Assembly: GCF_009914755.1 (NCBI RefSeq)
Contig: NC_060936.1
Origin: the human T2T-CHM13v2.0 reference genome, Homo sapiens
DNA length: 64,000 bases
Reading direction: 5' to 3' (one strand)
In this document: in pieces, positions 1-20,870 of the stretch
Layout: each line of letters starts with the position of its first letter
How positions within the stretch are numbered: the stretch's first letter is position 1
The notes under the pieces: model-generated
What the model was told of the DNA's origin: nothing
The model's database searches: none
Seen by the model: only the letters and a program-made list of their open reading frames with translations
Position numbers and translations under genes: made by a program

Positions 1-559
1 GCAAGTGCACCACCCCCAGCTAATTTTTTTATTTTTAGTAGAGGCGGGGTTTCATCATATTGGCCAGGCTGGTCTGGAACTCCTGACCTCAAGTGATCTG
101 CCCACCTCAGTCTCTCAAAGTGCTAGGATTACAGGCGTGAGCCACTGCACCTGGCCTCTTGGCCCACTTTTTAATATGTTTGTGATTTCTTTGTAAATTT
201 TAAAATGTTACTTTCAAAATGCAAAGGAGTACCTCTTATTTCTTGGTTTCCCATATTTTGTGAATAAATCTATATTTATCTTATCCGTTATTCTTGCTTT
301 CATAGCCTTGATTCATATTTCTTTTATCAGCTTTTAATTTCAGAGAAAAAAAGACCCCTAAGCTTTCAGCAGTTGATTATCTAGTTTCTGATTTGTTCAG
401 TTCAATTCACCATAAGTATTTTTGAGCTCTTACTACAAAGGCCAAAACTGAAACATACAAAATGTAAGATGGGTTTCTGTTTTCAAAAGGCTTAAAGTCT
501 TGCGGGAATTCAGGCAACCAAAAAAAATTTTTTTTTATGATCTACTAGGTACCAAAGGA

Positions 560-800
560 GCTGTAGCCTAGAGATTAGAGCACTGACTCTGGAGCCAGAT
601 GATCTAAATTCAAATTCTGGTTCTGCCACTTAATGGACAACCTTGGGCAAATTGCTTAAATTCTCTGTAATTCAGGTTTCTTGTCTGTAAAACTGAGCTA
701 AGAATATTATCTGAGTTGTTATGAGGATGAAGTTCCAAGCTAAGCACTTAGAACAGCATCTAACTGGCATACAGTAAGCACTCAATAAATGTCAACTATT
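560..800 (+). mobile_element. MIR SINE fragment
   Basis: gactctggagccaga...ttcaaattctggttctgccactt...ttgggcaaattgcttaa...cagtaagcactcaataaat resembles the MIR core. Confidence 0.7.
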
Positions 801-1085
801 TGAGATGGTCATTAAGTACTGCTCACAAATATTACTGTTTTCCTTTCTTCCAGACATGTGGAATGCACACATGGTTGGATCACATTTTCCTGTCCCCTTT
901 TAAGTTAGGCATGGCAATGTGCCTGACTCTGGCTAATAAAATGTGAAAAGTGGCATGTATCAGTTCTAGGTAGAAGCTTAAAAACCGGTACATAAATTTA
1001 CTAAGTTAATTTCTCCCTGTCATGGTGAATAAGCAAACATGTGCTGAGATGGATGAGATGAAACCTCTTATACTAAGATGTGTGA

Positions 1086-1315
<230 letters not shown>

Positions 1316-1337
1316 TAGTCTCAAACTCCTGGCCTCA

Positions 1338-1609
<272 letters not shown>

Positions 1610-1612
1610 TCA

Positions 1613-1717
<105 letters not shown>

Positions 1718-1956
1718 TCAAAAAAAAAAAAAAAAGTGAACAGAACCCCTTGCTAATCTGTGATAAATAAGTAGCTTGAATCCTGAATCAGACCTAAACC
1801 TCTGTTGTGTTGAAGCATTGAGACTTTGGGGCTATTTGTTAGTGCAGCTTAATCTGACCAATACACTGTCCTTACAATCACTGGGAATATAGTAGTGAAT
1901 CAAATTGACAAGATGCCTGCCTTCATGAAGCTTCTTAAGACTTGAATGCAATTTCA

Positions 1957-2275
<319 letters not shown>

Positions 2276-2532
2276 CTATTCAAACAAATAATTTAGAAAA
2301 AGACAAATTGACTGATGTGAGTTTACCACTTCCTGCTGTCTCCCACAGTGAGAGCCTTAAAATGCTATAAAGTAGTCAAAATAAAGAAGAAAGCTGGAAA
2401 AGAAAAGAAGCATCTATAATATGGCCTCAGCTTACGTAACTCTTAATACCTGTCAAAACGCACGATATAAGCCGGGCGCAGTGGCTCACGCCTGTAATCC
2501 CAACACTTTGGGAGGCCGAGGTGGGCGGATCA

Positions 2533-2870
<338 letters not shown>

Positions 2871-3039
2871 TCATGAGACCTATAAGATTTTATCCAGGCT
2901 CTGCCACCCACTGCCTGAGTAACGGCCAGTGTGATAACCTGTCAATTTCTGGGATCCCTCAACACTTGGATATAAGGAAATATCAACTCCTTCTCTAAGA
3001 GATAAGCTATATGATAGATCTGAGCATTAATTAATTAAC

Positions 3040-4753
<1,714 letters not shown>

Positions 4754-5200
4754 TTAGCCAGGCATGGTGGTGTGCCCCTGTAACCTCAGCTACTTGGGAG
4801 GCTGAGGCACAAGAATCGCTTGAACCAGGAGGCGGAGTTTATGGTGAGCCGAGATTGCACCACTGCACTCCAGCCTGGGCCACAGAACGAGACTCTTGTC
4901 TCAAAAAAAAAAAAAAAAAAGAATAAATGAGATGACATTTTAAAACACCTAATACATAATCAGTACTCAAAAAAACAATTATTTTCTTTCCAAATTTGCT
5001 AAATTTCCTAAAGCCAGGTGACCTAATTTGAAAAAGGGACGATATCAATCTTACAGATTCATAGTGTGCCTTAATAGACTTAATATATGTGAATAAAGGT
5101 TATTAATAATAACTAATGCATATATAGTTCTTACCATGTTCTAAGCACTCTTTTAAGTATATTTAATTTATTAATCAGTTTAAGCCAACAACTCTATAAG

Positions 5201-5987
<787 letters not shown>

Positions 5988-6015
5988 TTAATTGGATTTT
6001 CCTGATTACAAATGA

Positions 6016-6249
<234 letters not shown>

Positions 6250-6639
6250 TGATCCGCCCACCTCAGCCTCCCCAAGTGCTGGGATTACAGGCATGAGCCA
6301 CCACGCTGGGCCCAATATTTCCCTTCCCCCCTTCATAATATAGGTAAATGTGCTGATACAATGTAAAAAAAAAATGATTAAAAAAAGAAGTCCACAACTA
6401 TAAATCAACCAAATATGAGCTTTGTCCTTTGTTATACGTTTACCCATTCAACCAGTACACATTGAACTGATATTTGCCAGGCCTGGTTTACAAAGATGAC
6501 TAAGATATTGTGTGGAGACAAAAATGAATCCAGCTAAGTATAAGGCTGTGAGCTAACTGCTATAATAGACATAGGTTCACAATGCATGCCTGGAAAAATA
6601 GCATTCATCCTTCAAGAGTCCTTCATATTTCTGCAAAGT

Positions 6640-6890
6640 AATAACAACTAGCATTGATTGCTTGTTCTGACCTATTCACTGTGCTAAATGTATCACATGA
6701 ATGATCTCAACTGATCTTCATAACAACCTTAAGAGGTAGTTCTTATTATTTTCTCCATTTCATAGATGAAGGAACTGAGGCAGAGAGAAGCTAAGCAGTT
6801 TTTTTTAAGGTTGTGGCAGGACTCGGATTTGAAGACAAGCAATCTGACTTCAAAGCCTGTGATCTTAGGTACTTACGCTATTCCACCTCC
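6640..6890 (-). mobile_element. MIR SINE
   Basis: ccatttcatagatgaaggaactgaggcagagagaagctaagcag...caggactcggatttgaa. Confidence 0.7.
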
Positions 6891-8166
6891 TTAATCTATT
6901 CTGTTTACCTCCCCTTCCTCTTTCCATGCAAAATCAGAAGACAGTATTTTGTGGTATCATAGCATCCTAGGAATACCTCTATTGGAAATTCTACTGTTTT
7001 GAACTATTATGTTCCAGTGACTGTCTCCTTTAGAAAAGGAATGTATTATTCTTTTTTAGACTGCATAGCAAGTAGTAGGTGTTCAATAATGTCACCAAGG
7101 ATAAAACTAGTGATTAAAAATGTGATTATTTCAACCACCTTGAAGGAGGACAAACTGTTCATGGCAAGCAAGCAGGCCAGGCTGTAAAAGGTGCATTTGT
7201 TCTAGTTCAAGAGGCCTCATGGAGCCCAGGATACCTAGAGAGCAGATATTCACAAAAGGGGTGAAAGGACTAGGAGAAAGAGAGGCAAGGGCTGCTGGAG
7301 TTGACAGATTTTCTTTCCCGTAGGTGATGAGATGGATTTGAAGGACAGTGATCTGTAGGAAATTCATAGACTGCTCTGCGTATTTGTTCTCACACTTAAA
7401 AATGTAACCAGCTGGGCACGGTGGCTCATGCCTGTAATCCCAGCACTTTGGGAGGCCGAGGTGGGCAGATCGCCTCAGGTTAGGATTTCGAGACTGGCCT
7501 GGCCAACATGGTGAAACCCCGTCTCTACTAAAAACACAAAAATTAACCGGGTGTGGTGGTGCGAGCCTGTAATCCCAGCTACCCGAGAGGCTGAGGCAAG
7601 AGAATCACTTGAACTCAGGAGGTGGAAGTTGCAGTGAGCCCAGGTCTTGCCACCGCACTCCAGCCTGGGCAACAGAGCGAGACTCCTGCTCAAAAAAAAA
7701 AAAAAAAAGTGTCTAACCTTAGAAGGGCTTAAGTGGTATTTTGATGCACCCAAGAGCAGAACTCTAGAGAACTCTTTCAAAAGTAACTTTTAAGGAAATG
7801 TCAGCCTTTTATAAAATATCCGCCCAAGTAACTTGGAAACCCTTTCTTTGAGAAAATGAACCACATCAAACACGTACTGAGATCGTGAAGTGCACTTTAA
7901 GCTCATTTTTGCTGGAAGGGAAATCTCACTTGTACCCTTCTTCAAAACAAACATGTGTAGACTCTGGTCTAACTGTCTAAATTTTGTTGCTGTTACCTTT
8001 AATTTTTTTTCCTTTGTGAAGGGAATAGAATTTTATCTGTATTATTTGTAAGGGCTTTTTTTCCCCTGAGATAAATGTGACATATGTCAGGAACTAGAGT
8101 TAATCTGGCCTAACATGGAACAAGGAGAGCTGGGGCTCAGAGGCATAAAGGACTTTATTTGTTCCT

Positions 8167-8549
8167 AAGATCAGTGCTTGAGATATTTTGCAGATCCTGA
8201 ACCTGATGAATCAGCTGGCACCACCCAGATCGATTAACTGGCTCATCTGATCTTGTGGCCCCCACCCAGGAACTGACTCAGTACAAGAGGACAGCTTCCA
8301 TACCCTATGATTTCATCTCCTGCCTAACCAGTCACCACTCCTGACTCCCTGGCTTCCCCCCACCTACAAGTTGTCCTTAAAAACTCTGATCCCCGAATGC
8401 TCGGGGAGCCTGATCTGAGTAATAATAAAACTCCAGTCTCCTGCACAGCCTGCTCTGCATAAATTACTCTTTCTCTATTGTGATTCCCCTGTCTTGATAA
8501 ACTGGCTCTGTCTAGGCAGCAGGCAAGGTGAATCCATTGGGCAGTTACA
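8167..8549 (+). mobile_element. LTR8A-like 3' half
   Basis: taagatcagtgcttgagatattttgcag...gggcagttaca, colinear with 22718-23097. Confidence 0.8.
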
Positions 8550-8654
8550 ACTTTAGAATCCTCCCGAGGTGGGAGGATCATTTGAGGACAGGAGTTTGAG
8601 ACCAGCCTGGGAAACATGGCAAGACCCCATCTCTATAAATAAATTAAATTAATG

Positions 8655-9920
<1,266 letters not shown>

Positions 9921-10338
9921 GCAACTTCCAAAGTTGAACTATATTGTGCAAGATGGACATTCAAGCTACCAACAATGTTGAAAACTTAGATTTGTTCAGT
10001 ACATTTATAGCCATTACACATTCTTTATGCCTGAAAGGTAAACCTTGTCCAGAAAGCATGAATAAATAAATTGGTATCCTTTTTTGTAGGATTCTTGGCT
10101 CAGGGCCAAAGGAGCTTTACAGTACTTTTTAGATTCTCACAGGTAAAAAAAAACAAAACAAAAAAACAAGCCAGGCACAGTGGCTCATGCTTGTAATGTA
10201 ATGCCAACACTTTGGGAGGCCAAGGTGGGTGGATCGTTTAAGCCCAGCAGCCTGGGCAACATGGCAAAACCCTGTCTCTACAAAAAATACGAAAACTAGC
10301 CAGGCATGGTGGCACGTGCCTGTAGTCCCAGCTACTCA

Positions 10339-10533
<195 letters not shown>

Positions 10534-10621
10534 CTAAAATCATTACTTTTGTGTCAAAACAATAAATGTTTACACTGGAGACAATAGAAAAAGCTGAGCG
10601 TTCAAAGTTTTTTGTTTTTGA

Positions 10622-10726
<105 letters not shown>

Positions 10727-11323
10727 TGAGCAGCTGAGATAACAGGCATGCGCCACCACACCCAGTGGCGCATTGGCCCAGGCTGGTCTCGAACTCCTGA
10801 CCTCAGGTGATCCACCTGCCTCAGCCTCCCAAAGTGCTGGGATTACAGGCGTGAGCCACCATGCCTGGCCCCTTTTAAAGTGTTTTGTTTGTTTGTTTAG
10901 AGACAGTCTAGCTGTGTCACCCAGGCTGAAGTGCAGTGGTGAGATCATGGCTTACTGCAGCCTCGAACTCCTTAACTCAAAGTATCCTCCCACTTCAGCC
11001 TATGAAGTAGCTTGTACCACCGGCATGCACCACCATACACAGCTATTTATTTTTATTTTTGTAGAGACGGTGTCTTGCTAGGTTACCTAAGTCTCCAACT
11101 CCTAGGCTCATGTGATTCCCCTGCGTTGGCCTCCCAAAATGCTGGGATTACAGGCATGAGCCACCTTACCCAGTCTAAAGTTTTAAAAAACACTTAGTAA
11201 AGGAAATTTAAATTTAAAAAAAATTTAGTTCAAGGCCAGGTGCTGTGGCTCTTGTCTGTAGTGGATCACTTGAGCCCAGGAGTTTGAGACTAGCTTGGGC
11301 AACACTGCAAGATCCTGTCTCTA

Positions 11324-11594
<271 letters not shown>

Positions 11595-12829
11595 TTAGTT
11601 CACAAAGGTATTCCGAGTAGAAAAAAAATCTTTTTTTTTCATTTAATTTTATTCTTTTCTTACAGACTCGTTCAAAACAAGCCATGACTCCTCAGCAAAA
11701 CAGCTCCATCAAGCGTCTCGCCAACCTCTCCCTTGGGGCTCAGTCAAGGGAATGAAAAAACGAGGCTAGACACCTGTCCCCAACGGAAAAACCAAGAACA
11801 CACCTGGAGAGCAGCTCAGACAAAGGGAGCCAGGCGGGGAAAACAGTAATTGGAGAGGAGACCGTGCTTCCAGTCTGTTGCTGGTTTACAAGGTAAATCT
11901 ATTCCTGGACGAAAGGGGTACAGGAACAGCACCCGAAAACCGGCGACAGGCTGTGGCAGGCCCGACGTCTTTCAAGCCCAGCTCCTAGCGTCGACGCCCC
12001 TCCTTCCAAGACGTTTCCCAGCAGGCCCTGCGCCCAGTTTGGATCAAGTGAGCCGCCTGAGATTGCCAAGCGTCCTGTGCGCATCTCATTAACGCATCTG
12101 CTTATTCATGCATTTATTCTTTTGCTGGGGAGGGGGTGGAGGGGAACGGTGTCTCACTCATTCTGTAGCTCAGGCTGGAGTGCAGGTGGGGCGATCTCGG
12201 CTCACGGCAACCTCCGCCTCCCAGGTTCAAGCGATTCTTGTGCCTCAGCCTCCCAAGTAGTTGGGATTACAGGTGCACACGACCACGCCTGGGTAATTTT
12301 TGTACTTTTGGTGGAGACGGCGTTTCACCATGTTGGCCAGCCTGGTCTCGAACCCCTGACCCCCGGTGATCTATCCACCTTGGCCTCCCAAAGTGTAAGG
12401 ATTATAGGCGTGATCCACGGCACCCGGCCTTATGCATTTATTCTTATTGAGCATCTAACATGCTCTAAGCATCGGGGGCAAAAAAGTAAATGAGATATAA
12501 CAGCACTTAACACACAGCATTTATTTGCACGGGTGTTGGCTTTCTAGCCCTCCAGCGACTGCTTCTAGGTAGGGGCCCTCTTTCGTTTTTGCATCCTCCG
12601 AGTCTAGCACAGTGCCTGGCACTGACTAGGTGCTTTGTTAACAAAGGAATTACTTTAAAAGGTATTTTTGATAGGGAGCTCGGTTCTCAAACCTGTAGCC
12701 CTACGTGGGGTAGGGGAGGCGGGAGAATGGGTGAACAGGCAGACACGAGGAGAATGGGAGACGTGTTTGTATTAGGAGTGCTCACAGCAATCCACAGCTT
12801 CCCTGTGTTCCTCGTTCTCAAATAAGAGG

Positions 12830-13590
12830 AGGGGAGTCGAGGGCAGGATGGGGCAGCCCTCCCCGCGCAGGAGGGCTGGGTTTGGGGGCCCCAGCCGGGA
12901 GTTCTCACTGCGCTCCCGAGCCCGCCTGCCCACCCGCGCCGCTCACCAGGTCAATGGCCACGACGTCCCGCAGAGCCACTACCCGCCGGATGGACTTGGG
13001 CGGGTTCTCGGTTAGGTAGACGAGCCGGTCGCTTAGCACCACATACTTGAGGATGTGGTTCTCAGAGTTGGACACCACGATGCATGGCTCGTAGGCGCGG
13101 ACCGCGTCGTAGACCTCGGGCGGCAGATGCCGCCGCAGGAACACATCCAGGCGGCTGTTCCTGCGCGCGGGGAAGCCGGACGGCAAGGGGCTGGCCATGC
13201 CCGGCGCCCGCAGCGTGGCGGAGTGCTGGGACTCGAGGCCCTCAGCTCGCCCTCTCCCCGCCCCCGCGCTGGAACCCGCGCGCCACAAAGCCGCCGGCCA
13301 CGCGTCGCCTCCTCTCCAGGCGCGGGGACCCGGGCCGCAACTGCAGGAATCGACGCTAGGTCGGCTTCCCTGGAGCGCCCTCCCCAGCCCTGTCCAGCCT
13401 CTCGATCTTTGTCCTAACCTCAGACGGCGATGGGCGGGGCAAGACGCTGGTCCTTCAGGCCCGAGTTGATGGGCACCTCGGGCTCATCACCATGAAGTCC
13501 CCTGCGGCCGAAGGGCGGTGGATTTTTAGGGTCTCTCCCGCCCACCCCTAATGCCAGTCCCCACCACTGCGTACTCTGTTGCGGATCACA
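12830..13590 (-). promoter_or_regulatory. C12orf56: CpG island / promoter of C12orf56
   Basis: GC- and CpG-dense region around the first coding exon; GC boxes (gggcgggg 13432, ccgccc). Confidence 0.8.
12947..13198 (-). CDS. C12orf56: C12orf56 coding exon 1 (84 aa, MASPLPSGFPARRNSRLDVF...VVAIDL), uncharacterised protein
   Basis: ATG at 13198; 252 nt, phase 0, ending at donor CTG|gtgagc (12946); matches the recalled C12orf56 N-terminus; downstream exons are outside the window. Confidence 0.9.
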
Positions 13591-13761
13591 CCATCCAATA
13601 CAAACTTTATTGGTAATGGAAGCCAGCTTCAATCTGGTTTCCTGTTAGAAACTTGAAAGAGTTTAATTTACCGATTTATTTTTAACAACCCTAGAAACCT
13701 ATTAAACCCAATCACACAGATTTAGCTTTTGGTTATAACATGGCCTGGCACAGCTTTCTGA

Positions 13762-13953
<192 letters not shown>

Positions 13954-14637
13954 TAGCTGGAATTACAGGCATGCGCCACCACGCCCAGCTAATTTTGTAT
14001 ATTTTAGTAAAAACGGGGTTTCTCCATGTTGGTCAAGCTGATCTCCAACTCCCGACCTCAGGTAATCCGCCCGCCTCGGCCTCCCAAAGTGCTGGGATTA
14101 CAGGCGTTAAGTCACCTCGCCCAGCCTTTGAGAAAGGGATTCTTCACATGAATTGATGTGAGCACACCCAAACCAACCTAAGGCATATGGTTTTGTTTCC
14201 AATGCCCAGGACAATCTATGCAGGAAGAATGAATGGGTGATGCTGGCATCTTGAAAAGTTGAAGCTGATAGACTGAAGAATGCGGATTACATACCCTGAG
14301 GCTGCAGAGGAGTAAGTATTCCTTAGTTTTTACAGGCCAAGAATAACTTACTAATTAGGTTAGAGAAATGAGAAGGGCACAACAGAAATGCTCTAAGTCA
14401 GAAGTTCCATTTTTTATTTCGAATCCTAGAAAAGTTATTCTCTTCCCCTCCCCATTGACCCAAAAACCTGATAATGAAACCATATCGTTCATTGCTGTGG
14501 CTGCCAGCAACCCTGAATCAAATTTGATATATTCTTTATATTCTCCCTTTCTACATATTTTATTATTGTATACTGTATGTTATAAGCAACTTCAAATCCC
14601 TTGTGGAAAGAAGGTATAAATATATTACAATCCATAA

Positions 14638-14941
<304 letters not shown>

Positions 14942-15059
14942 TGATCTGCCTGCCTTGACCTCCCAAAGTGCTGGGAATACAGGCATGAACCACCGCCATG
15001 TAAGGGTCTGGCTAGACTTAAGTCTAAGATCATGTTAAGGAACTCAAGTGAGTAAAGAG

Positions 15060-15078
15060 AAGTGCCACCTGCTGGCAA
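15060..15078 (-). promoter_or_regulatory. Putative CTCF motif
   Basis: Minus strand TTGCCAGCAGGTGGCACTT fits the core CCASYAGRKGGCRS. Confidence 0.5.
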
Positions 15079-15654
15079 AATCTTAAATGACCTAGTAGTT
15101 AAAGTTTTCTTAGGATCTCATCACACATCTGAGCCTTCCTAACTTCATAAATGGATGAAAAATGAATGAACTACACCATCCGTAGCAACCTTTATTGATA
15201 AAAGATGCCGCATGGCTATTTCCTCCAAAATAAAGACTACTCATTATCTAAACCACTCTAAATAGAGTTTGTTGCTTCAAACTAACAGAAAGGCAAAGGC
15301 GCTTCACCTCTGCTGAATAGCCACACCTCACAAAAGCAGTTGAAAGATGAATGACTACAATATCAGAGGTGGAAAGTGAGGCCCACATAAGGGAAAGGCC
15401 TTATCTTAGTCTACTATTTTGTGTCTCTCAGGCTTCCTACTTCATACCTACTTCCCAGGACTAAGAGAAACAGAATGACTGGACCAGGACCAAAAAAGAC
15501 AGCATACTTGATATATCTGCCAAGAAGCCCATCTTGAATAAGCTTTTGGTGACAAGTGCACTAAGCTTAGCAAACATTAAAATGAAGCACAGGCTGGGTG
15601 TGGTGGCTCATGCCTGTAATCCCAGCACTTTGGGAGGCCGAGGCGGGTAGATCA

Positions 15655-15873
<219 letters not shown>

Positions 15874-16274
15874 CTAAAATTAAAAAATAAATAAATAAAT
15901 AAAATGAAGCACAGAAAGAAGGGAATTTGACTGGGAGATTGGTGATCAAGGTGACTTCAGTTAAACTTTTAACTTCGTGGCACACAGAGAAGGCAATACA
16001 ATGGTTTCCAGGCACTGTACAGCAGTGTTGCCAAGGTAACAGCAAAATTTCTATTGCAGGAAACGGATTTAAATATATAGGAAAGATCACTAGATTTGGA
16101 GTCAGGAGAACTAGATAAGGGCACTAACTCTGTTATCTATCAGACTTTTGGAAAGTCACAACCTTTCCGAGCCTCAGTTTCATCATCTATAAAATGTGAG
16201 GATCAAATGTGATGAATTATAGACTCTATGAGCACTACAGACATATGAAGCATTCACATTCCCTTATCTTTTGG

Positions 16275-16506
16275 TAAGCTTTACATCAATCCATGGCCCA
16301 TAGGCCACCTGCAGCCCAGGAAGGCTTTAAATGTGGCCCAACACAAATTCATAAATGTCTTAAAACATTATGAGATTTTTTTGCGATTTTTTTTTTTTTT
16401 TTTAGCTCATCAGCTATCATTAGTGTTAGTATATTTTATATGTGGCCCAAGACAATTCTTCTTCTTCCAATGTGGCCCAGGGAAGTCAAAAGCCTGGATA
16501 CCCCTG
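16275..16506 (-). mobile_element. MER30 hAT-Charlie MITE
   Basis: Reverse complement caggggtatccagg...ttccctgggccacattggaagaagaagaattgtcttgggccac matches MER30. Confidence 0.8.
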
Positions 16507-16906
16507 TTTTACATGGTTAACCCAAATGCACCAAAGATAGGTACCCCCTCCTTATCTTGTAAGTTCATCCAAACTCAAGAAACATTTGGCAAAGGAACTC
16601 CTGCAATCAAGCACTTAATAGATGTTTCTTGATAAAATTATCAAAAGGAATGGGACATTACTTACCTGGACTAATCCTCAAATGCAGTCTCCTTGAATTT
16701 CATCAGAACAGTGGTCTTAGGTACAGGGATGGTCAATTTAAATAATTCGAAGCACAGTAGTTATGAGCATAGAACTGTAGAGCCAGATGACCTGGGTTCA
16801 AATTCCAGCTCTCCTATTCAGTAGCTGAATGACCTATGCCTCAGTTTCCCCATCTATGAAATGGAGATAATAGTACCAACCCCCAAAGGGTTATTACGAG
16901 GATTTA

Positions 16907-17113
<207 letters not shown>

Positions 17114-17116
17114 TTA

Positions 17117-17341
<225 letters not shown>

Positions 17342-17599
17342 CTACAAGGTAATATTAAATTCTTCTGATTGGATACAAGTCTAACTTTCTGAGATTGACC
17401 CAAGGCAAATTTTACCTTTTTTGGGTCACATTTTTAGTGGAGAAGAGACCAGCAGGTTAGGCCATGAGAACCATGTAAGGATTCCAAACTAGAAGTACTC
17501 TTCAATGCTTCTAGGGATCCCAAGTATTCCCATTCCCCCCACTTGAAACTAAAGACAGACAGTACACACAGTAAGATATTTAGAATATGTGGCCTATAA

Positions 17600-17907
<308 letters not shown>

Positions 17908-19135
17908 TAAACCTGACTTTTTAAAGGTGTCTCATTTAGGAATCTCTTAGTGCTTCAACTTAGTTGTTTTTTTTGTTGTTGTTGTTGTTGCTTGTTTTTT
18001 GTTGTTGTTGTTTTTGTTTTGTTTTGTTTTGTTTGAGACAGAGTTTCGCTCTTGTTGCCCAGGCTGGAGTGCAATGGTGCGATCTTGGCTCACTGCAACC
18101 TCTGGCTCACCGCAACCTCTGCCTCCCAGGTTCAAGCAATTCTCCTACCTCAGCCGCACAAGTAGCTGGGATTACAAGCATGCACCACCACACCTAGCTA
18201 ATTTTTGTATTTTTAGTAGAGACAAGGTTTCTCCATGTTGGTCAGGCTGGTCTTGAACTCCCCACCTCAGGTGATCCACCTGCCTTGGCCCCCAAAGTGC
18301 TAGGATTACAGGCGTGAGCCACCGCGCCCAGCCCTATACTTATTATTAATGGATACTGATCATTTAAATATCTACTATTAGTAATCTACTATTAGTAATT
18401 AGATGACATACAAAGGAAAGATGTCATTGTTATAAAAACCAGACAAATGATTTGGATTAATGTTTTCTTTCACTGAATAATACTCCAATGCTCTATTTTG
18501 CCTCTCAGGCTTCCTGCTGCACATGTACTTCCTGTAAGAGGAACTAATGGTTGGAATAGGACCAATAAAGGCAGCATTCCTGACCTGTTTTCCAACTTCT
18601 TTCTCTGCCAAGAAGCCCATTATGCATAAGCTTTTAGTGACAATGACATTCGGCTTTAAGAACAATGAGATGAAACACACAGAGAATCTGACACAGAACT
18701 CAGCAGCTATCAGCTCGTAATTATGTTCTTTTTGGTTCAACTCAATACATTTCACAAATATTTACTGAGAAATATTTATTAGCCATAAACAGAATCAGGA
18801 TAACACTTACTTTCAATCTTTAAAAATTGTCTAGTTTTGGCCGGGCATGGTGGCTCACACCTGTAATCTCAACATCTTGGAAGGCCGAGACAGGTGGACC
18901 ATGAGGTCAAGAGATCGAGACCATCTTGGCCAACATGGTGAAACTCCGTCTCTATTAAAAATACAAAAATTAGCTGGGCATGGTGGTGCACCAGCTACTC
19001 AGGAGGCCGAGGCAGGAGAACTGCTTGAACCAGAAGGCGGAGGTTGCCGTGAGCCAAGATCGCACCACCACACTCCAGCCTGGTGACAGAGCGAAACTCC
19101 ATCTCAAAATAATAATAATAATAATAATTGTCTAG

Positions 19136-19698
19136 TTTTTTCTCAGGCAGCCAAGAAGATGGTGGATTGAGACTGAGCATGCCTACCACAAGCAGCTGAC
19201 CATCATTCAAAGCAAGAAGAGGGTACTGCTAAAGGAAACTGGCAAGAAGCAGCTCCTATGGTACTTACAAGAACATCGGTCTAGGCTTCAAGAGGTCCAA
19301 AGAGACTATTGAGGGCACCTACATTGACAAGGAATGCCTGTTCACTGGTAACGTCTCCATCTGAGGGCAGATCCTGTATGGCATGGTGACCAAGATGGAG
19401 ATGCAGAGGACCACTGTCATCCAGAGAAACTATCTCCACTACATCCGCAAGTACAATTGCTTCGAGAAGTACCACAAGAACTTGTCCATGCACCTGTTCC
19501 CCTGCTTCAGGATGTCCAGATCAGCGACATTGTCACGTTGGATAAGTGCCAGTCCCTGAACAAGACGGTGTACTTCAATGTGCTCAAGGTCACCAAGGTC
19601 GCAGACATCAAGAAGCAATTCCAGAAGTTCTGAGGCTGAATGTCTGCCTGCTCCCCAAAATGAAATAAAGTTATTTTCTCATTCATACACACAAAAAA
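19136..19698 (+). pseudogene. RPS11P6: Processed pseudogene of 40S ribosomal protein S11 (probably RPS11P6)
   Basis: Intronless RPS11 mRNA copy: pyrimidine leader, ATG 19159, 2-nt deletion giving an early TGA (19168), [18 protein letters not shown] and KYNCFEK remnants, stop 19631-33, AATAAA 19664-69, short A tail; pseudogene number from memory. Confidence 0.93.
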
Positions 19699-19907
19699 TG
19701 ACTAATAGGTAAGATAACCACACAAACTTAATACACAACAAAAACATATTAAAACATATTAATGCAATTAGAGATTTAAAAAAAAACTAGCAAGCTGTGT
19801 CAAAGATATGATCAAGCACAAACCTGGTTGAGGACATCTGGAAAGACCTCATGAGGGAGGTAAATTCGATAAATGCTCGAAGAGTGAATGAAACAATTTC
19901 TTTTTTA

Positions 19908-20380
<473 letters not shown>

Positions 20381-20602
20381 TCAGCCTCCCGAGTAGCCAG
20401 GATTACAGGCACCTGCCACCACGCGCAGCTAATTTTTGTATTTTTAGTAGTGACGGGGTTTCACCATCTTGGCCAGGCTAGTCTTGAACTCCTGACCTCG
20501 TGATCCACTCGCCTCAGCCTCCCAAAGTGCTGGGATTACAGGCATGAGCCACCACACTCAGCTGAGAATTTTTAAAAATCCAAAAACTTATAGAAAAGAA
20601 AT

Positions 20603-20870
20603 GTCTGGAAGCCCATGATCAAGGTGCTGACAGATCCAGTGTCTTGTGAGGGCCTAATTTCTGGTTTGAAGATGGCTGTCTGTCTTCTTGTATCCTCACA
20701 TGGTGGAAAGAGAGCTCTCTAGCTCCTCTTACAAGGGCACTAATCCTATTCATGAGGGCTCCACTCTCATGACCTGATTATCTCTCAAAGGCCTCACCTC
20801 CAGATACCATACAGTGAGTGAGGGTTTCAACATATAAATTTTGGGAGACACACACATTTAGTCCATTGCA
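20603..20870 (-). mobile_element. MLT1A-like MaLR LTR fragment
   Basis: aagggcactaatcctattcatgagggctccactctcatgacctgattatctctcaaaggcctcacctcc. Confidence 0.7.

Noticed and set aside
13199-13288. 30-aa N-terminal extension of C12orf56 in the ORF track
   Set aside because: Starts at TTG in GC-rich sequence; the recalled protein starts at the ATG at 13198
13055-13469. Plus-strand ORFs over C12orf56 exon 1
   Set aside because: Stop-poor CpG island and antisense shadow of a real CDS
18370-18397. Short tandem duplications (14 bp here; also 35575-35614, 35962-35995, 18087-18120)
   Set aside because: Ordinary slippage events, mostly within repeats
19281-19692. Minus-strand ORFs of 70 and 61 aa
   Set aside because: Antisense of the RPS11 pseudogene
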